A stretch of 64,000 nt of DNA, from the IMG/VR virus record IMGVR_UViG_2974796119_000001, positions 1-64,000 of that record. One strand, written 5' to 3'. The translations under genes and the position numbers were made by a program. Positions 26,322 to 36,043 of this stretch are shown in pieces (the first letter of the stretch is position 1; each line of letters begins with the position of its first letter). This stretch comes from a virus (lineage: Duplodnaviria; Caudoviricetes). The notes under the pieces were generated by a model, which worked only from the letters and a program-made list of their open reading frames with translations, was not told the origin of the DNA and searched no databases.

Positions 26322-27089
26322 ATGGAAAAAACATATACTTTATTTAAGTCAATTAAACCTCATAATGCTATGATTGTAAAACAGCCATTTATGGTTGTTA
26401 AAAGGCACAAGTCAGGAAAAGATAAAGGAAAAGTTATTTCAAGAACATTATCTCAATACAATGAGATTATGGACACTATTTCTGTAAAAGAGCAAAAAGA
26501 GTTTGAAGATAAACCAATGCCAACAGCATTATATATCCGAAAAAGCCAAATGATAGTTGATAACGATGAAACATCAAAGTTAGAAGCTATGAGGATGCAC
26601 GAAGATAATACTGCAAATGGCGGTAAGCTTTTTAGAGAAGTAGATATAGAAAAAGAAGAAGATTTCGAAATAGAAGCTTTTGAATTATTAGATGCAGCAA
26701 TATCTGTAGTTATGGATTCTAGCGCATCAGAATTAAAAACTTTAGCTATTGATGTAATCGGTGTACACGAACTAAGTACAAGAACTTCTGTTCTTAAAAA
26801 GAAACTTAGAGTATTAGCTACAAATAATTCAGAGATAAGAGATAAAGTAATTGCTTTTTCTAAAGATAAAAGCAAACAAGAAAGATTATTAACAACTATT
26901 GCTTTAGATGAGAATATTATTAGCATCCATAATGGTAAAAGTATAGCGTGGCCTGATTCAGAAGAAATTATTTATTCTGCTTCACAAACCAAAGACGTTG
27001 TTAACGAGTTTTCTACTTGGTTAAAAACTGACGAGCAAGGTCGAAAAGTTTACGCTTCCCTAACTAAAAAGTTAGAAGGTAAGCTGTAA
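26322..27089 (+). CDS. Morphogenesis-region protein of unknown function
   Basis: Between capsid and ring genes; TATATTTG promoter at about 26283. Confidence 0.75.
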   Translation: MEKTYTLFKSIKPHNAMIVKQPFMVVKRHKSGKDKGKVISRTLSQYNEIMDTISVKEQKEFEDKPMPTALYIRKSQMIVDNDETSKLEAMRMHEDNTANGGKLFREVDIEKEEDFEIEAFELLDAAISVVMDSSASELKTLAIDVIGVHELSTRTSVLKKKLRVLATNNSEIRDKVIAFSKDKSKQERLLTTIALDENIISIHNGKSIAWPDSEEIIYSASQTKDVVNEFSTWLKTDEQGRKVYASLTKKLEGKL

Positions 27090-27136
27090 AGAATCCGTTT
27101 TTTTAGACGAAATGGAGGTAATGGTAATTTAATTCG

Positions 27137-27166
27137 AGCAAAAGCACCCAATAGGGTGCTTTTGTT
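27137..27166 (+). terminator. Intrinsic terminator
   Basis: AGCAAAAGCACCC-AATA-GGGTGCTTTTGTT. Confidence 0.85.
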
Positions 27167-27210
27167 ATTACTAATAATACCTAATTAAACACAGTCTTTA
27201 TTTATATTTG
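27166..27210 (+). promoter_or_regulatory. Late promoter
   Basis: TATTACTAATA + TATATTTG at 37 bp. Confidence 0.7.
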
Positions 27211-27225
27211 TATAAATATAACATT

Positions 27226-27918
27226 ATGATTGATAGACTTTTTCAATTTATCCAAGATAGTTTGAATAAAGAACAAATGGAGTTTTTAAAACCTCGTTAC
27301 TTTAATTCTTATTTAAACACTTCTTTAATTTCTATTTACAATAAGTTACTTTCAGATGTTAAATCAAACACTAGAAAGTCTAACTGGATGCTTGACGGTA
27401 AAAACTTAGCAGATTTTTCAAAGCACACTCAGCAATTATTAGAACACTTTTTAAGTACTAAACAATTACCTTTATTGAATGGTAGTTTCGCTTTAGATAA
27501 AGACATACAGCTAATTCAGGACGTATATACAACTTCAGGAAACAAAGTAGATAAAATTGATTTAAACGATTTTAATCTAATAAAAAGAAATAACTACATT
27601 GTGCCTAGTGAATGTGAGGCTAAATGCACTAAATTAGGCGATAAACTATTAGTGCTACCTACTACAATAACTACTTTAGATGTGTATTATTTAAGGCTAC
27701 CAAAAATAGCTAGATGGACTTATGAAGAAGTAAATGGTAAACCGATGTTTGATCCTGGAAAATCAGATTTTCAAGATGTAGATATTCCTGAAATGTTATT
27801 TGATGAATTAGCAAACCTAATATTAGAAAAAGCAGGATTAACTATTAGAGATACTACAGTTATACAATCAGCTAATCAAGATCAGCAACAAGATTTACAA
27901 ATAGAAAATAATAGATAA
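27226..27918 (+). CDS. Head-tail adaptor/ring protein (crAss-like)
   Basis: YYLRLP...WTY...DIPE.L...LA..IL..AG motifs; position; ATG 27226 preferred over the TTG at 27208. Confidence 0.65.
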   Translation: MIDRLFQFIQDSLNKEQMEFLKPRYFNSYLNTSLISIYNKLLSDVKSNTRKSNWMLDGKNLADFSKHTQQLLEHFLSTKQLPLLNGSFALDKDIQLIQDVYTTSGNKVDKIDLNDFNLIKRNNYIVPSECEAKCTKLGDKLLVLPTTITTLDVYYLRLPKIARWTYEEVNGKPMFDPGKSDFQDVDIPEMLFDELANLILEKAGLTIRDTTVIQSANQDQQQDLQIENNR

Positions 27919-27919
27919 G

Positions 27920-28729
27920 ATGTTATCAACTACAGACAAAGAATACCACGATAATAAAGAGTTCTGGGGAGAGCATCAATTTGTTACTTTACAGAACATA
28001 ATTGACAATATAGAGTTAACGTCAGGACAGGACAGTTATTTTAAAAAGGTAAACAGACATTCAGCTTCTATTTTTGGTAAACAAGGTATAAAAAGATTAG
28101 AAGTTGACATAAAACCAAAACCAAGAGCAGTAAGTTTTCAAGTTGGCCCAAGTAAAACATTTCCATACCCTAGATTCATGATGAATTGGCACAGGGTTTC
28201 AATGGTAAATGATTGTGGTAAGCTAATACCTATAAATATAAAAAATGACCCTCTAACAAGAGATTACCTTCAAGACCATGAGTACGAATTATTGTATGAT
28301 AATAATGGAGATATTTTAGAAGGAAAAAGTAAAAATTACAATTACGGAGAATGTGTACATAAATTAGAATGTTGTTGTGACGATAAAACATTGATTGAGG
28401 ACCCTGAGTATTGGGTTAAAGGACATGATGTATCACAGCAATTTATATTTTCTGATAATTTATACGACAAAGAAGTTGTTATTGAATTTAGGTCTTCCGG
28501 ATTAGACACCTTAAATGATTGTGATATTTTAGTACATAGCGACTTAGAGCTAACATTAACGTACTGGATTAAGTGGAATTTAATTCAAGGAAATAAAAAC
28601 GCTTCTCAATCAAGAATAGATTTTTTCTGGAACTACTATAAATTAGAAAAGAAAAGAAGTAAAAGATTATTAGGGAATAAAATAACTATTAATCAAATAT
28701 TAGAATCAGTTTCATTAAAATATAGATAA
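27920..28729 (+). CDS. Second ring/tail tubular protein (crAss-like)
   Basis: FPYPRFMMNW.RVS, VVIEFRSSG, LTYWIKW; position before the muzzle gene. Confidence 0.6.
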   Translation: MLSTTDKEYHDNKEFWGEHQFVTLQNIIDNIELTSGQDSYFKKVNRHSASIFGKQGIKRLEVDIKPKPRAVSFQVGPSKTFPYPRFMMNWHRVSMVNDCGKLIPINIKNDPLTRDYLQDHEYELLYDNNGDILEGKSKNYNYGECVHKLECCCDDKTLIEDPEYWVKGHDVSQQFIFSDNLYDKEVVIEFRSSGLDTLNDCDILVHSDLELTLTYWIKWNLIQGNKNASQSRIDFFWNYYKLEKKRSKRLLGNKITINQILESVSLKYR

Positions 28730-31700
28730 TGCCTAAGTTATTAAACACATTTACAAAAGGAGCAATGAATAAAGATATTGATCCATCTTTAATGCCCCAA
28801 GACACCTATATTCATGCAGAAAACATAAGATTCACTAATAATAACGGTAACGATGGTATCGGAAACAACATCAAAGGTACTTTACAAGTAAGTGATTCTA
28901 CTGAAGGAAGTTCTGATTTTAAATGTATATCAGCAATTTTTGATAAAAATACTGATTGCATATTTTACTTCTTAGCTTCTACAGATGGAGTTATTAGTAA
29001 AATTGTAGAGTATGATATAACCAATAATCAAACTACAGACGTTCTACACGATGATCAGAGTGTATTGAAACTTATTAAATCAGGATATATAACTGGAGTA
29101 GATGAAATAAACGGTTTATTAATATTTAGTGAATGGGGTAATAACCCAAGAAGAGTCAATATAGAAAGAGCAAAAGCATACGGTAAAAACAACTTTACAG
29201 AAGAGGAAATTTCTTTAATGGTTAAGCCACCTGCTCAGAAATTAAAAACGACATTAAGAGAATCTACAACTATTTATGAGGAAGAAAATAACATTAAAGA
29301 AAAAATGTTTGCTTTTTCTTACATTTACAGATATTTAGATGGTGAATATAGTTCACCTGCTCCTTTTAGTAATTTCGCTTTCGAGCCAGAACAATTTAAT
29401 TACGACTTTTCTACTCAATCCAATAAAGCAATGGTTAACAAGTTTAATCAAGTTGTTTTAGAATTTAACACAGGAAGTAAATTAGTTACTGAAATACAGT
29501 TAATATTTAAGCAAAGTGATACCTTGCAAGCTTACATAATAGATGATTTCAATAAGAAGCAACTGGGTTGGGGAGATAACCAAACAAAAGAATTTGTTTT
29601 TGATAATTTAAAATCAATTAGACCCTTACCTAAAGAAGTTTTAAGAAATAACTTCAGCAGAATACCTTTAACAAATAAAAGTCAATCTTTAATTGATGGT
29701 AGATTAATATTATCTAATTATCTAGAAGACTACAATATAGAAGACGCTAATAAAAATAAAATTGAAATTGATTATTCACTTGAATTAAAAAGTGAAGATG
29801 TACTCAACTTACACCCAAAAAGAACGATAAAATCAATAAGAGGTTACGAAGTTGTTGTCGTTTATAAAGACAAATGGTTTAGAGAAACTACAGCTTTAAG
29901 CAGTAAGACAAATACAGTTTTTGTAAAAAACAATCTTAGCTCTAAAAGCAACACTATAGATGTTGTTATAAAAAACAAACCTCCTTTTTGGGCAAGTTAC
30001 TTTCAATTTTTTATTAGACAAAACGCTAAAGATTACGATCAAATTCTTCCAACAACATTTTATAGTGACGGTGTATTTAGATGGATGAAGATAGAGCAAT
30101 CAGACATAGATAAAGTAAAGGAAGGAGATTTATTATTTGTTAAATCTGACACAAGAGAGCTGTTAGAAAACTTAGTTAAAGTTAAAGTTTTAGAAATAAC
30201 AGTACAAGAAAAAAACTTTTTAGAAGAAACAGAAACAAACTCTCTAAAGCAAATACCTGGAGTTTATATTAAAATAAAACCAGAAAACTTTAGAATATAT
30301 GAAGATGATATAAAAATATATGATTTTAGCGGATATGATAATAATAGCGGAGGAAACAATGTTATAGGAGATAACCCTAATGTTGTTCAAAAACCTGTTT
30401 ATTATGGATCTTCAGGACTAAACGACTTAACATCTTCAGGTACATATAACGGAATAGACGATGAAAGATATTTAGTCGAGATAGATAATATTCAAAAAAG
30501 TGCAACAGGTACAATTACATTAGACTCAGGAAGTTCAGGTTCTATAGATGAAATTACATCTAACGGTATAACAATAACTAGCTCAACAGTAATTTTTGAC
30601 ACAGATTTACCAACAACAGCTAATAATTTAGCTGCAAATATAACAGCTCATTTATCAGTACCAAACTATACAGCTACAGCTGCAGGTAATGTAGTTACGG
30701 TTACAGCTGATGTTAAGGGGTCAGCTAGTAATGGATTTGTAATAGCAGCAACAAACACTACAATTACTACCTCAACTACAAACATGGTTGGTGGTGCTGA
30801 AGACACTTTTAAATGGAGTAAAAACAATGGTTCTACATACGAGCAATTAGATGTGTTAATTACAGCAGGAAATCCACAATTATTAAACGATGGAGTTGAA
30901 ATAACATTTAATTCAGCAACAGGACACGTTCCTACTGATAAATGGATTATTGGAGCTAAATCGAATACTACTAATAAATTCGGAAATAATGAAGATTCTA
31001 GAATATTTGCAATATTTAAAGGCCCAGATGAAGATTTTATATCTAGTGGAGCCGTAATTAAAATTATTTATGATGAATATGGTGACGAAAAAAAATACAT
31101 AGAAAAAGTATATATCTCATCTTCTAATTACGAGAATTTAGAAGAATGGTTTATAGGGGATGATATTATAGCTACATTAGGTATGGATAGTAATAGAGTT
31201 TACTTTAGAAGGGGTAATGTAGCTCCTTATGGTAAAAGCAAGAAGACACAAATAAATATTACTACGGATGGAACAGGTACAATGAATCTAATTATTAGAG
31301 GTATTGGTTATGAAAACTCTAATTTTGATAAAACAGCTAAAGTAAAAACTTTTTTAGAGGTTCGTCAAATGACAAATTTGATAATATTCGAAACAGAGCC
31401 AAATGATTCTTTGCCAGAAATATTTTATGAAATAGGTAGGACTTACGAGATTAAAAACGGAATGCATCAAGCCGACACAGTAAATACCCCAACAGACGTA
31501 AATCAAACAGATATACTGGACGCAAGAATAAAACTAGATTGGTTTAACGCATGGAGTTTTGGAAATGGTGTAGAAAGCTATAAGGTTTATGATGAATTTA
31601 ATAAAAAAGGTTTAGACGAAGGAGTTAGGGTAACTTCAAGAATTAAAGAAGAATACAAGCAGGTACACCGAGAAGAAGATGTTACTTGGAGTGATGTTTA

Positions 31701-32889
31701 TAATAGTGATTCTAACTTTAATGGATTAAGTGCATTTAACGCCTCTCTTTTAAACTGGATCAGATTAGATAAAGAAAACGGAAGTATTCAGAAAACACAT
31801 AACAGCAATGGAAACCTAATGGTCTTGCAAGAAGAAGGAGTAGGATTGTTACCTTACAATAAAAATGTAATTTACGATACAGAAGGAGGAAGCGTAATAG
31901 GTATATCAACAAACGTACTTGATAAAAAAAGTTATAGACCATACGCACACGGAAAAATAGGAATCGGATTAAACCCTGAAAGTTTTGTGCCTGTAGGAAG
32001 TAGAAACTACTTTACAGATAAACCAAGAGGTAATTTAGTAAGATTATCAATAGATGGAGTTACAGAAATAAACACATACGGAATGGAACATGAGTTTTCA
32101 GACCTAATGGTTAAAAACAAAACAAACTTCCTTGTAGGGGGCCATGATCCAAAAAACAATGAATACAAATTACATCTTCCTTCAGAAAACGGATGCTTAG
32201 TATTTGTAGAAAAAGGGAGAGGATTTCCAGAATACCAAACTTTTGAGCCAGACTTTATGTTATCTGCCAATAACGAATTTTACTCATGGAAAAACGGTGT
32301 AATGTACCAACACAGCGCAAATGAAACTAGAAATAATTTTTATGGAGTTCAATACGAAAGTAAATTAAAGTTTTCTGTTAATCATAGTTTTGGATCAGGT
32401 AAAATATTTAACGCTTTAGGTATTTATTCAACTCACCCTTGGCTTGCTAAATTAAAAACACTATCAACAGCAAGAGAAATACCTAAAGATTCTTTTGATA
32501 AGCAAAATGAATTTTGGTTTTCTGAAATAATGGGTAACACCAATGATGATATTTACAACAATAGTGTTTTTGGATTAGGATCATACCCGGTAACAGCAGG
32601 TGTAATAAATACAAACTTTATTCCTGACGGAATGTGTGTTGGGGATAAAATAATAAGCAAAGACATAACTTTTATAGCAAATGAAATAACCGATATACAA
32701 GGAACTGTAATTACTTTAAAAGACAGCGTAGCCCATGCTTCTACATTTTTAATGTACGCGAAAAATCAAAACATTGATGGAGCCAGTATAAAAGGAAATA
32801 TCATGGAAGTAGAGCTTATATCAGATGAAACAGAAAAAGTAGAGATACGAGCTGTAAAAACAGAAGCAATAAGGAATGTCAATACATAA
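28729..32889 (+). CDS. Muzzle/tail stabilization protein (crAss-like nozzle, beta-propeller)
   Basis: FTKGAMNKD.DP, YIHAENIR, WGNNPRR.NI, FSYIYRYLDGEYS, FGNGVES; 1386 aa. Confidence 0.85.
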   Translation: MPKLLNTFTKGAMNKDIDPSLMPQDTYIHAENIRFTNNNGNDGIGNNIKGTLQVSDSTEGSSDFKCISAIFDKNTDCIFYFLASTDGVISKIVEYDITNNQTTDVLHDDQSVLKLIKSGYITGVDEINGLLIFSEWGNNPRRVNIERAKAYGKNNFTEEEISLMVKPPAQKLKTTLRESTTIYEEENNIKEKMFAFSYIYRYLDGEYSSPAPFSNFAFEPEQFNYDFSTQSNKAMVNKFNQVVLEFNTGSKLVTEIQLIFKQSDTLQAYIIDDFNKKQLGWGDNQTKEFVFDNLKSIRPLPKEVLRNNFSRIPLTNKSQSLIDGRLILSNYLEDYNIEDANKNKIEIDYSLELKSEDVLNLHPKRTIKSIRGYEVVVVYKDKWFRETTALSSKTNTVFVKNNLSSKSNTIDVVIKNKPPFWASYFQFFIRQNAKDYDQILPTTFYSDGVFRWMKIEQSDIDKVKEGDLLFVKSDTRELLENLVKVKVLEITVQEKNFLEETETNSLKQIPGVYIKIKPENFRIYEDDIKIYDFSGYDNNSGGNNVIGDNPNVVQKPVYYGSSGLNDLTSSGTYNGIDDERYLVEIDNIQKSATGTITLDSGSSGSIDEITSNGITITSSTVIFDTDLPTTANNLAANITAHLSVPNYTATAAGNVVTVTADVKGSASNGFVIAATNTTITTSTTNMVGGAEDTFKWSKNNGSTYEQLDVLITAGNPQLLNDGVEITFNSATGHVPTDKWIIGAKSNTTNKFGNNEDSRIFAIFKGPDEDFISSGAVIKIIYDEYGDEKKYIEKVYISSSNYENLEEWFIGDDIIATLGMDSNRVYFRRGNVAPYGKSKKTQINITTDGTGTMNLIIRGIGYENSNFDKTAKVKTFLEVRQMTNLIIFETEPNDSLPEIFYEIGRTYEIKNGMHQADTVNTPTDVNQTDILDARIKLDWFNAWSFGNGVESYKVYDEFNKKGLDEGVRVTSRIKEEYKQVHREEDVTWSDVYNSDSNFNGLSAFNASLLNWIRLDKENGSIQKTHNSNGNLMVLQEEGVGLLPYNKNVIYDTEGGSVIGISTNVLDKKSYRPYAHGKIGIGLNPESFVPVGSRNYFTDKPRGNLVRLSIDGVTEINTYGMEHEFSDLMVKNKTNFLVGGHDPKNNEYKLHLPSENGCLVFVEKGRGFPEYQTFEPDFMLSANNEFYSWKNGVMYQHSANETRNNFYGVQYESKLKFSVNHSFGSGKIFNALGIYSTHPWLAKLKTLSTAREIPKDSFDKQNEFWFSEIMGNTNDDIYNNSVFGLGSYPVTAGVINTNFIPDGMCVGDKIISKDITFIANEITDIQGTVITLKDSVAHASTFLMYAKNQNIDGASIKGNIMEVELISDETEKVEIRAVKTEAIRNVNT

Positions 32890-32914
32890 TAAAATCAACA
32901 TAAATTAATAATAT

Positions 32915-32947
32915 AACACCTCTTACCATTAAGAGGTGTTTTTTTTT
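32915..32947 (+). terminator. Intrinsic terminator
   Basis: AACACCTCTTA-CCAT-TAAGAGGTGTT + T7. Confidence 0.9.
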
Positions 32948-32953
32948 ACATTT

Positions 32954-33051
32954 GCCTAACGGCAAAGTATAAGGTTAGTACGCTTTGCACAAATGTTTAA
33001 ATTAAAGTACTAACCATCACAAGCGTATTAATTTTATACAATGTTGTACGC
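32954..33051. repeat. attC-like imperfect palindrome 1
   Basis: GCCTAAC..GTATAA..TTAGTACGCTT / AAGCGTATTAA..TTATAC..GTTGTACGC. Confidence 0.65.
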
Positions 33052-33068
33052 TTTTAAAATTACGACCT

Positions 33069-33263
33069 ATGGGTATTAAATATAAAAAAATAGAGAAAAG
33101 CAAAAAATATAAATACGTTTACAAAGTAATGGATCAGCACGGCAATTATTTTTGGGCTGGAAAAGGCAAGATGAAAGATACTGAGCGTGAAGCGGCTTTA
33201 TATGTAGATAAACAATTATTAGAAAAAGGCAAAGAGCCTGTTAATATACTGATACGTAAGTAA
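33069..33263 (+). CDS. Cassette ORF, AP2-like small protein
   Basis: TEREAALYVD motif; flanked by complementary GTTGTACGC/GCGTACAAC. Confidence 0.65.
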   Translation: MGIKYKKIEKSKKYKYVYKVMDQHGNYFWAGKGKMKDTEREAALYVDKQLLEKGKEPVNILIRK

Positions 33264-33271
33264 TTTTTATT

Positions 33272-33466
33272 GCGTACAACGATGTAATGTATGGTGCGTT
33301 GCTGAATTAATAACTGACTTAAATAAATAAAGAATGAGTTTTACAGACAAAGAAATAAGCGATAGGATTGAATCTAATAATAAACTTGTAGATAAAATAC
33401 AAAGTAAAATAGACTTAATTAAAAAAGAAGAAACCGAGCAATGCACTATACATAGTGTTGTAGGGC
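33272..33466. repeat. attC-like imperfect palindrome 2, enclosing an ORF start
   Basis: TACAAC..TGTATGGTGCGTTGCT / AGCAATGCACTATACA..GTTGTA. Confidence 0.65.
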
Positions 33467-33561
33467 GAAGCGAACAGTGTTGCGAGCCAGTAAGCGAAGG
33501 TTTATATTTAGGCATTTCCTGTCCAAAATGTAAACGACCATTTAGGCAAAACCTAAAATAA
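33334..33561 (+). CDS. Small ORF reading through attC-like arm; C-terminal CxxC
   Basis: QCTIHSVVGRSEQ is encoded by the palindrome arm. Confidence 0.6.
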   Translation: MSFTDKEISDRIESNNKLVDKIQSKIDLIKKEETEQCTIHSVVGRSEQCCEPVSEGLYLGISCPKCKRPFRQNLK

Positions 33562-33615
33562 GCAGCATTGCCACAACTATCTGATAAACCCACCTAAGGT
33601 GGTAATTTTAACATT

Positions 33616-33876
33616 ATGGTAATAAAGTTTAAGTACGGATTTGAATATAAAAATTTTCTTTACGGATGGAATAAGAAAGAATTATACAGGCTACCTATTA
33701 TTGTTCATAAAAGAAGCTACCCATTAAAGAAGCTAAACTCTATAAAAATAAATAGCCATAAAGGTTATAGAATAGTAAAAGATAAAAAAACAATTAAACA
33801 GTTACAATAATTAACAGAAATTATAAACTACGATTATGTTATTAATGGAGCTAATAATAAAGATTGTCCTTTTTAA
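33616..33876 (+). pseudogene. Small ORF with possible premature TAA at 33808-33810
   Basis: Frame stays open for 21 more codons, ending ...KDCPF. Confidence 0.4.
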
Positions 33877-33890
33877 TACATAATTTTTTA

Positions 33891-33898
33891 TATATTTG
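33891..33898 (+). promoter_or_regulatory. Sigma-A -7 box for the antirepressor unit
   Basis: TATATTTG. Confidence 0.7.
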
Positions 33899-33904
33899 TC
33901 ATGT

Positions 33905-34008
33905 AGTTACGCTCTCACAATAAAGTAACTTAAAGATATTTAACAAAAACCTTATAATGAAAGTAGTGGTGAGAGCCTACTGGATTTATAAGGTTTCTTG
34001 TATTAAAT
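33905..34008 (+). promoter_or_regulatory. Kissing-loop leader of the antirepressor gene
   Basis: AGTTAC-[GCTCTCAC]-GTAACT loop is complementary to AGTAG-[GTGAGAGC]-CTACT loop on the AACCTTATAA/TTATAAGGTT stem. Confidence 0.7.
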
Positions 34009-34014
34009 AACATT

Positions 34015-34743
34015 ATGAAGCAATTAATCAACATCACAGATTCAGAAAAAGGAAAAGCAGTAAACGCAAGAGAATTGCATACTTTTTTAGAAAGTAAACA
34101 AGATTTTACCACCTGGCTTAAAGCTAGAATTTATAAATATGACTTTATAGAAGGAGAAGATTATACGTTCCATAAAGTTATGGAGGGTAATACTAAAAAG
34201 CACGAATACGCATTATCAATTGATTGCGCTAAAGAAATAGCAATGGTTGAAGGAAATGAAAAAGGTAAACAAGCAAGAAGATATTTTATAAATTGTGAAA
34301 AACAATTAAATAAACATAAACTACCAACAACTTTCGTAGAAGCTCTAAAATTAGCAGTTAAACAAGCAGAAGAATTAGAGCATAAAACACTTAAATTAAA
34401 TAAAGCAGAAGAAACAATAAAAGTAAACGAACCCAAAGTTGTTTTTGCTAATACAGTAATGGGAAGTACTAATTCTATTCTAATAAGACAATTTGCAAAA
34501 GATTTATGTGATGGCAAATTTAAAATAGGTCAAAACAAATTATTTGAATGGTTTAGGGATAATAAATACATAAATAAATCAAACGAACCATATCAAAACT
34601 ACGTAGATCAAGGTTTGTTTGAAGTTATCACTCGTTCTATAGGTAGTGGCGAAGAAACTTTCACTAGTAAAACAACAAAAATTACTTCTAAAGGAACTGT
34701 TTATTTCACTCATAAAATAAAATTAAATTACAATGCATCCTAA
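34015..34743 (+). CDS. Phage antirepressor (AntA/AntB N-domain + ANT/KilAC C-domain)
   Basis: VNARELHTFLESKQDFTTWLKARI...AKEIAMVE...RRYFI; LPTTFVEALK; PKVVFA; GQNKLFEWFR. Confidence 0.92.
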   Translation: MKQLINITDSEKGKAVNARELHTFLESKQDFTTWLKARIYKYDFIEGEDYTFHKVMEGNTKKHEYALSIDCAKEIAMVEGNEKGKQARRYFINCEKQLNKHKLPTTFVEALKLAVKQAEELEHKTLKLNKAEETIKVNEPKVVFANTVMGSTNSILIRQFAKDLCDGKFKIGQNKLFEWFRDNKYINKSNEPYQNYVDQGLFEVITRSIGSGEETFTSKTTKITSKGTVYFTHKIKLNYNAS

Positions 34744-35314
34744 AGATAATAATATTATTAAGTGTATTCCTTTTTTAAAAGTAAACAACAACGATTCTAT
34801 TATAAGACTGGATAACCCACATTTAAAATCTAGAAAAAAAACACGTGATTTTTTTAAAAAGAATGGTTATTGGAAACCTAAAACGTATGTTGGGAATAAA
34901 GGATATATATATATGCATTTAATCGATAGACCTGTTCTACTACATAGAGTAATAGCTATTCTTTTAATAAAGAATCCATTAAACTTTACTTGTGTTAATC
35001 ATAAAGACGGGAATAAATTAAATAATCATGTTTCTAATTTAGAGTGGTGTAGCTATAGTTATAACACTAAGCATTCATACAATGTTATAAAAACTCAGTC
35101 ATATAATGACTTAGTTCTTAAAGGTAAAAAAGGCAATATGAAGAGAATAGTTTTAACAAAGAAATTATCAATAAAAATATACAGAGATTACCTAATTGGT
35201 AACACTTCATATAGGGAGTTAGCTAAAAAATATTCAATAGGAAAAACCACCGTTGAAAGAGCTGTAAAAAGTAAAGGACAGATTTACTTTGCTAAAAAAA
35301 TTAAACAACAATAG
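34733..35314 (+). CDS. HNH homing endonuclease
   Basis: LHRVIA...VNHKDGNKLNNHVSNLEWC with a C-terminal HTH. Confidence 0.9.
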   Translation: MHPKDNNIIKCIPFLKVNNNDSIIRLDNPHLKSRKKTRDFFKKNGYWKPKTYVGNKGYIYMHLIDRPVLLHRVIAILLIKNPLNFTCVNHKDGNKLNNHVSNLEWCSYSYNTKHSYNVIKTQSYNDLVLKGKKGNMKRIVLTKKLSIKIYRDYLIGNTSYRELAKKYSIGKTTVERAVKSKGQIYFAKKIKQQ

Positions 35315-35717
35315 AATTATGATGGAAGAAAAATTAGAGCAAAAAATTAAAGAACTAAAAAAATTTATTGAACAAAAAACTGATTTAGGTACGGCAAATT
35401 ACTTAGGGAAAGAAATACGAGAGATTTGCGGAATGGTTGAAACAACAAAAGTTAAAACAGATAAAGAAACATTCGAAAAGTTTATGGGATGGATGGGCAT
35501 GAAAGCATCTAGGACTAAACAAATTAAAAACCACACAGTTGTTGAATATGAAGATACTGATACTTGTGACGAGAGATTTACTAAGCAAGCTTATGGAGAA
35601 TTTGATACAGGTGCGGTGTTCGATGAAAACGGAAAACTATTAAAAGGATATATAGATAGTCACGTTGCCGTAGCATCTAGCAATAGCAGTGATATTTATA
35701 TATTACTGAAAGATTAA
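35289..35717 (+). CDS. hypothetical protein (likely ATG start at 35319)
   Basis: ORF track. Confidence 0.6.
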   Translation: MLKKLNNNRIMMEEKLEQKIKELKKFIEQKTDLGTANYLGKEIREICGMVETTKVKTDKETFEKFMGWMGMKASRTKQIKNHTVVEYEDTDTCDERFTKQAYGEFDTGAVFDENGKLLKGYIDSHVAVASSNSSDIYILLKD

Positions 35718-35731
35718 AACAACAATAAATT

Positions 35732-36040
35732 ATGAGAGATACAAAACCAACTAGTTTGTTGACTGATGAATTAAGAGCTAGTTTTATTAAATGGGGAGAA
35801 TCTAAAAATTTGGATTATATACCAGACGGTAAAGATGGTTACAGTTATAGAGCTTATCAGACTATAAGGTCTAGTACATTATTTTCATGGGATTACATAG
35901 ATAGATGCCCAGATAGTCATAAGTACCACATCCTTAAAATGTACTTTAAAGAAGTTCATTCTCTAGGTATTAGTGGATTTTCTTTCGAAGAAATGGACGC
36001 AGGAATAATTACAAAAGTAAAATATTTAAAACAACAATAA
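35732..36040 (+). CDS. hypothetical protein
   Basis: ORF track. Confidence 0.6.
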   Translation: MRDTKPTSLLTDELRASFIKWGESKNLDYIPDGKDGYSYRAYQTIRSSTLFSWDYIDRCPDSHKYHILKMYFKEVHSLGISGFSFEEMDAGIITKVKYLKQQ

Positions 36041-36043
36041 ATT

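Noticed and set aside
33577-33845. Complete third attC palindrome
   Set aside because: The right arm pairs weakly and lies in what appears to be the continuation of the ORF; only the inverse-core half is credible
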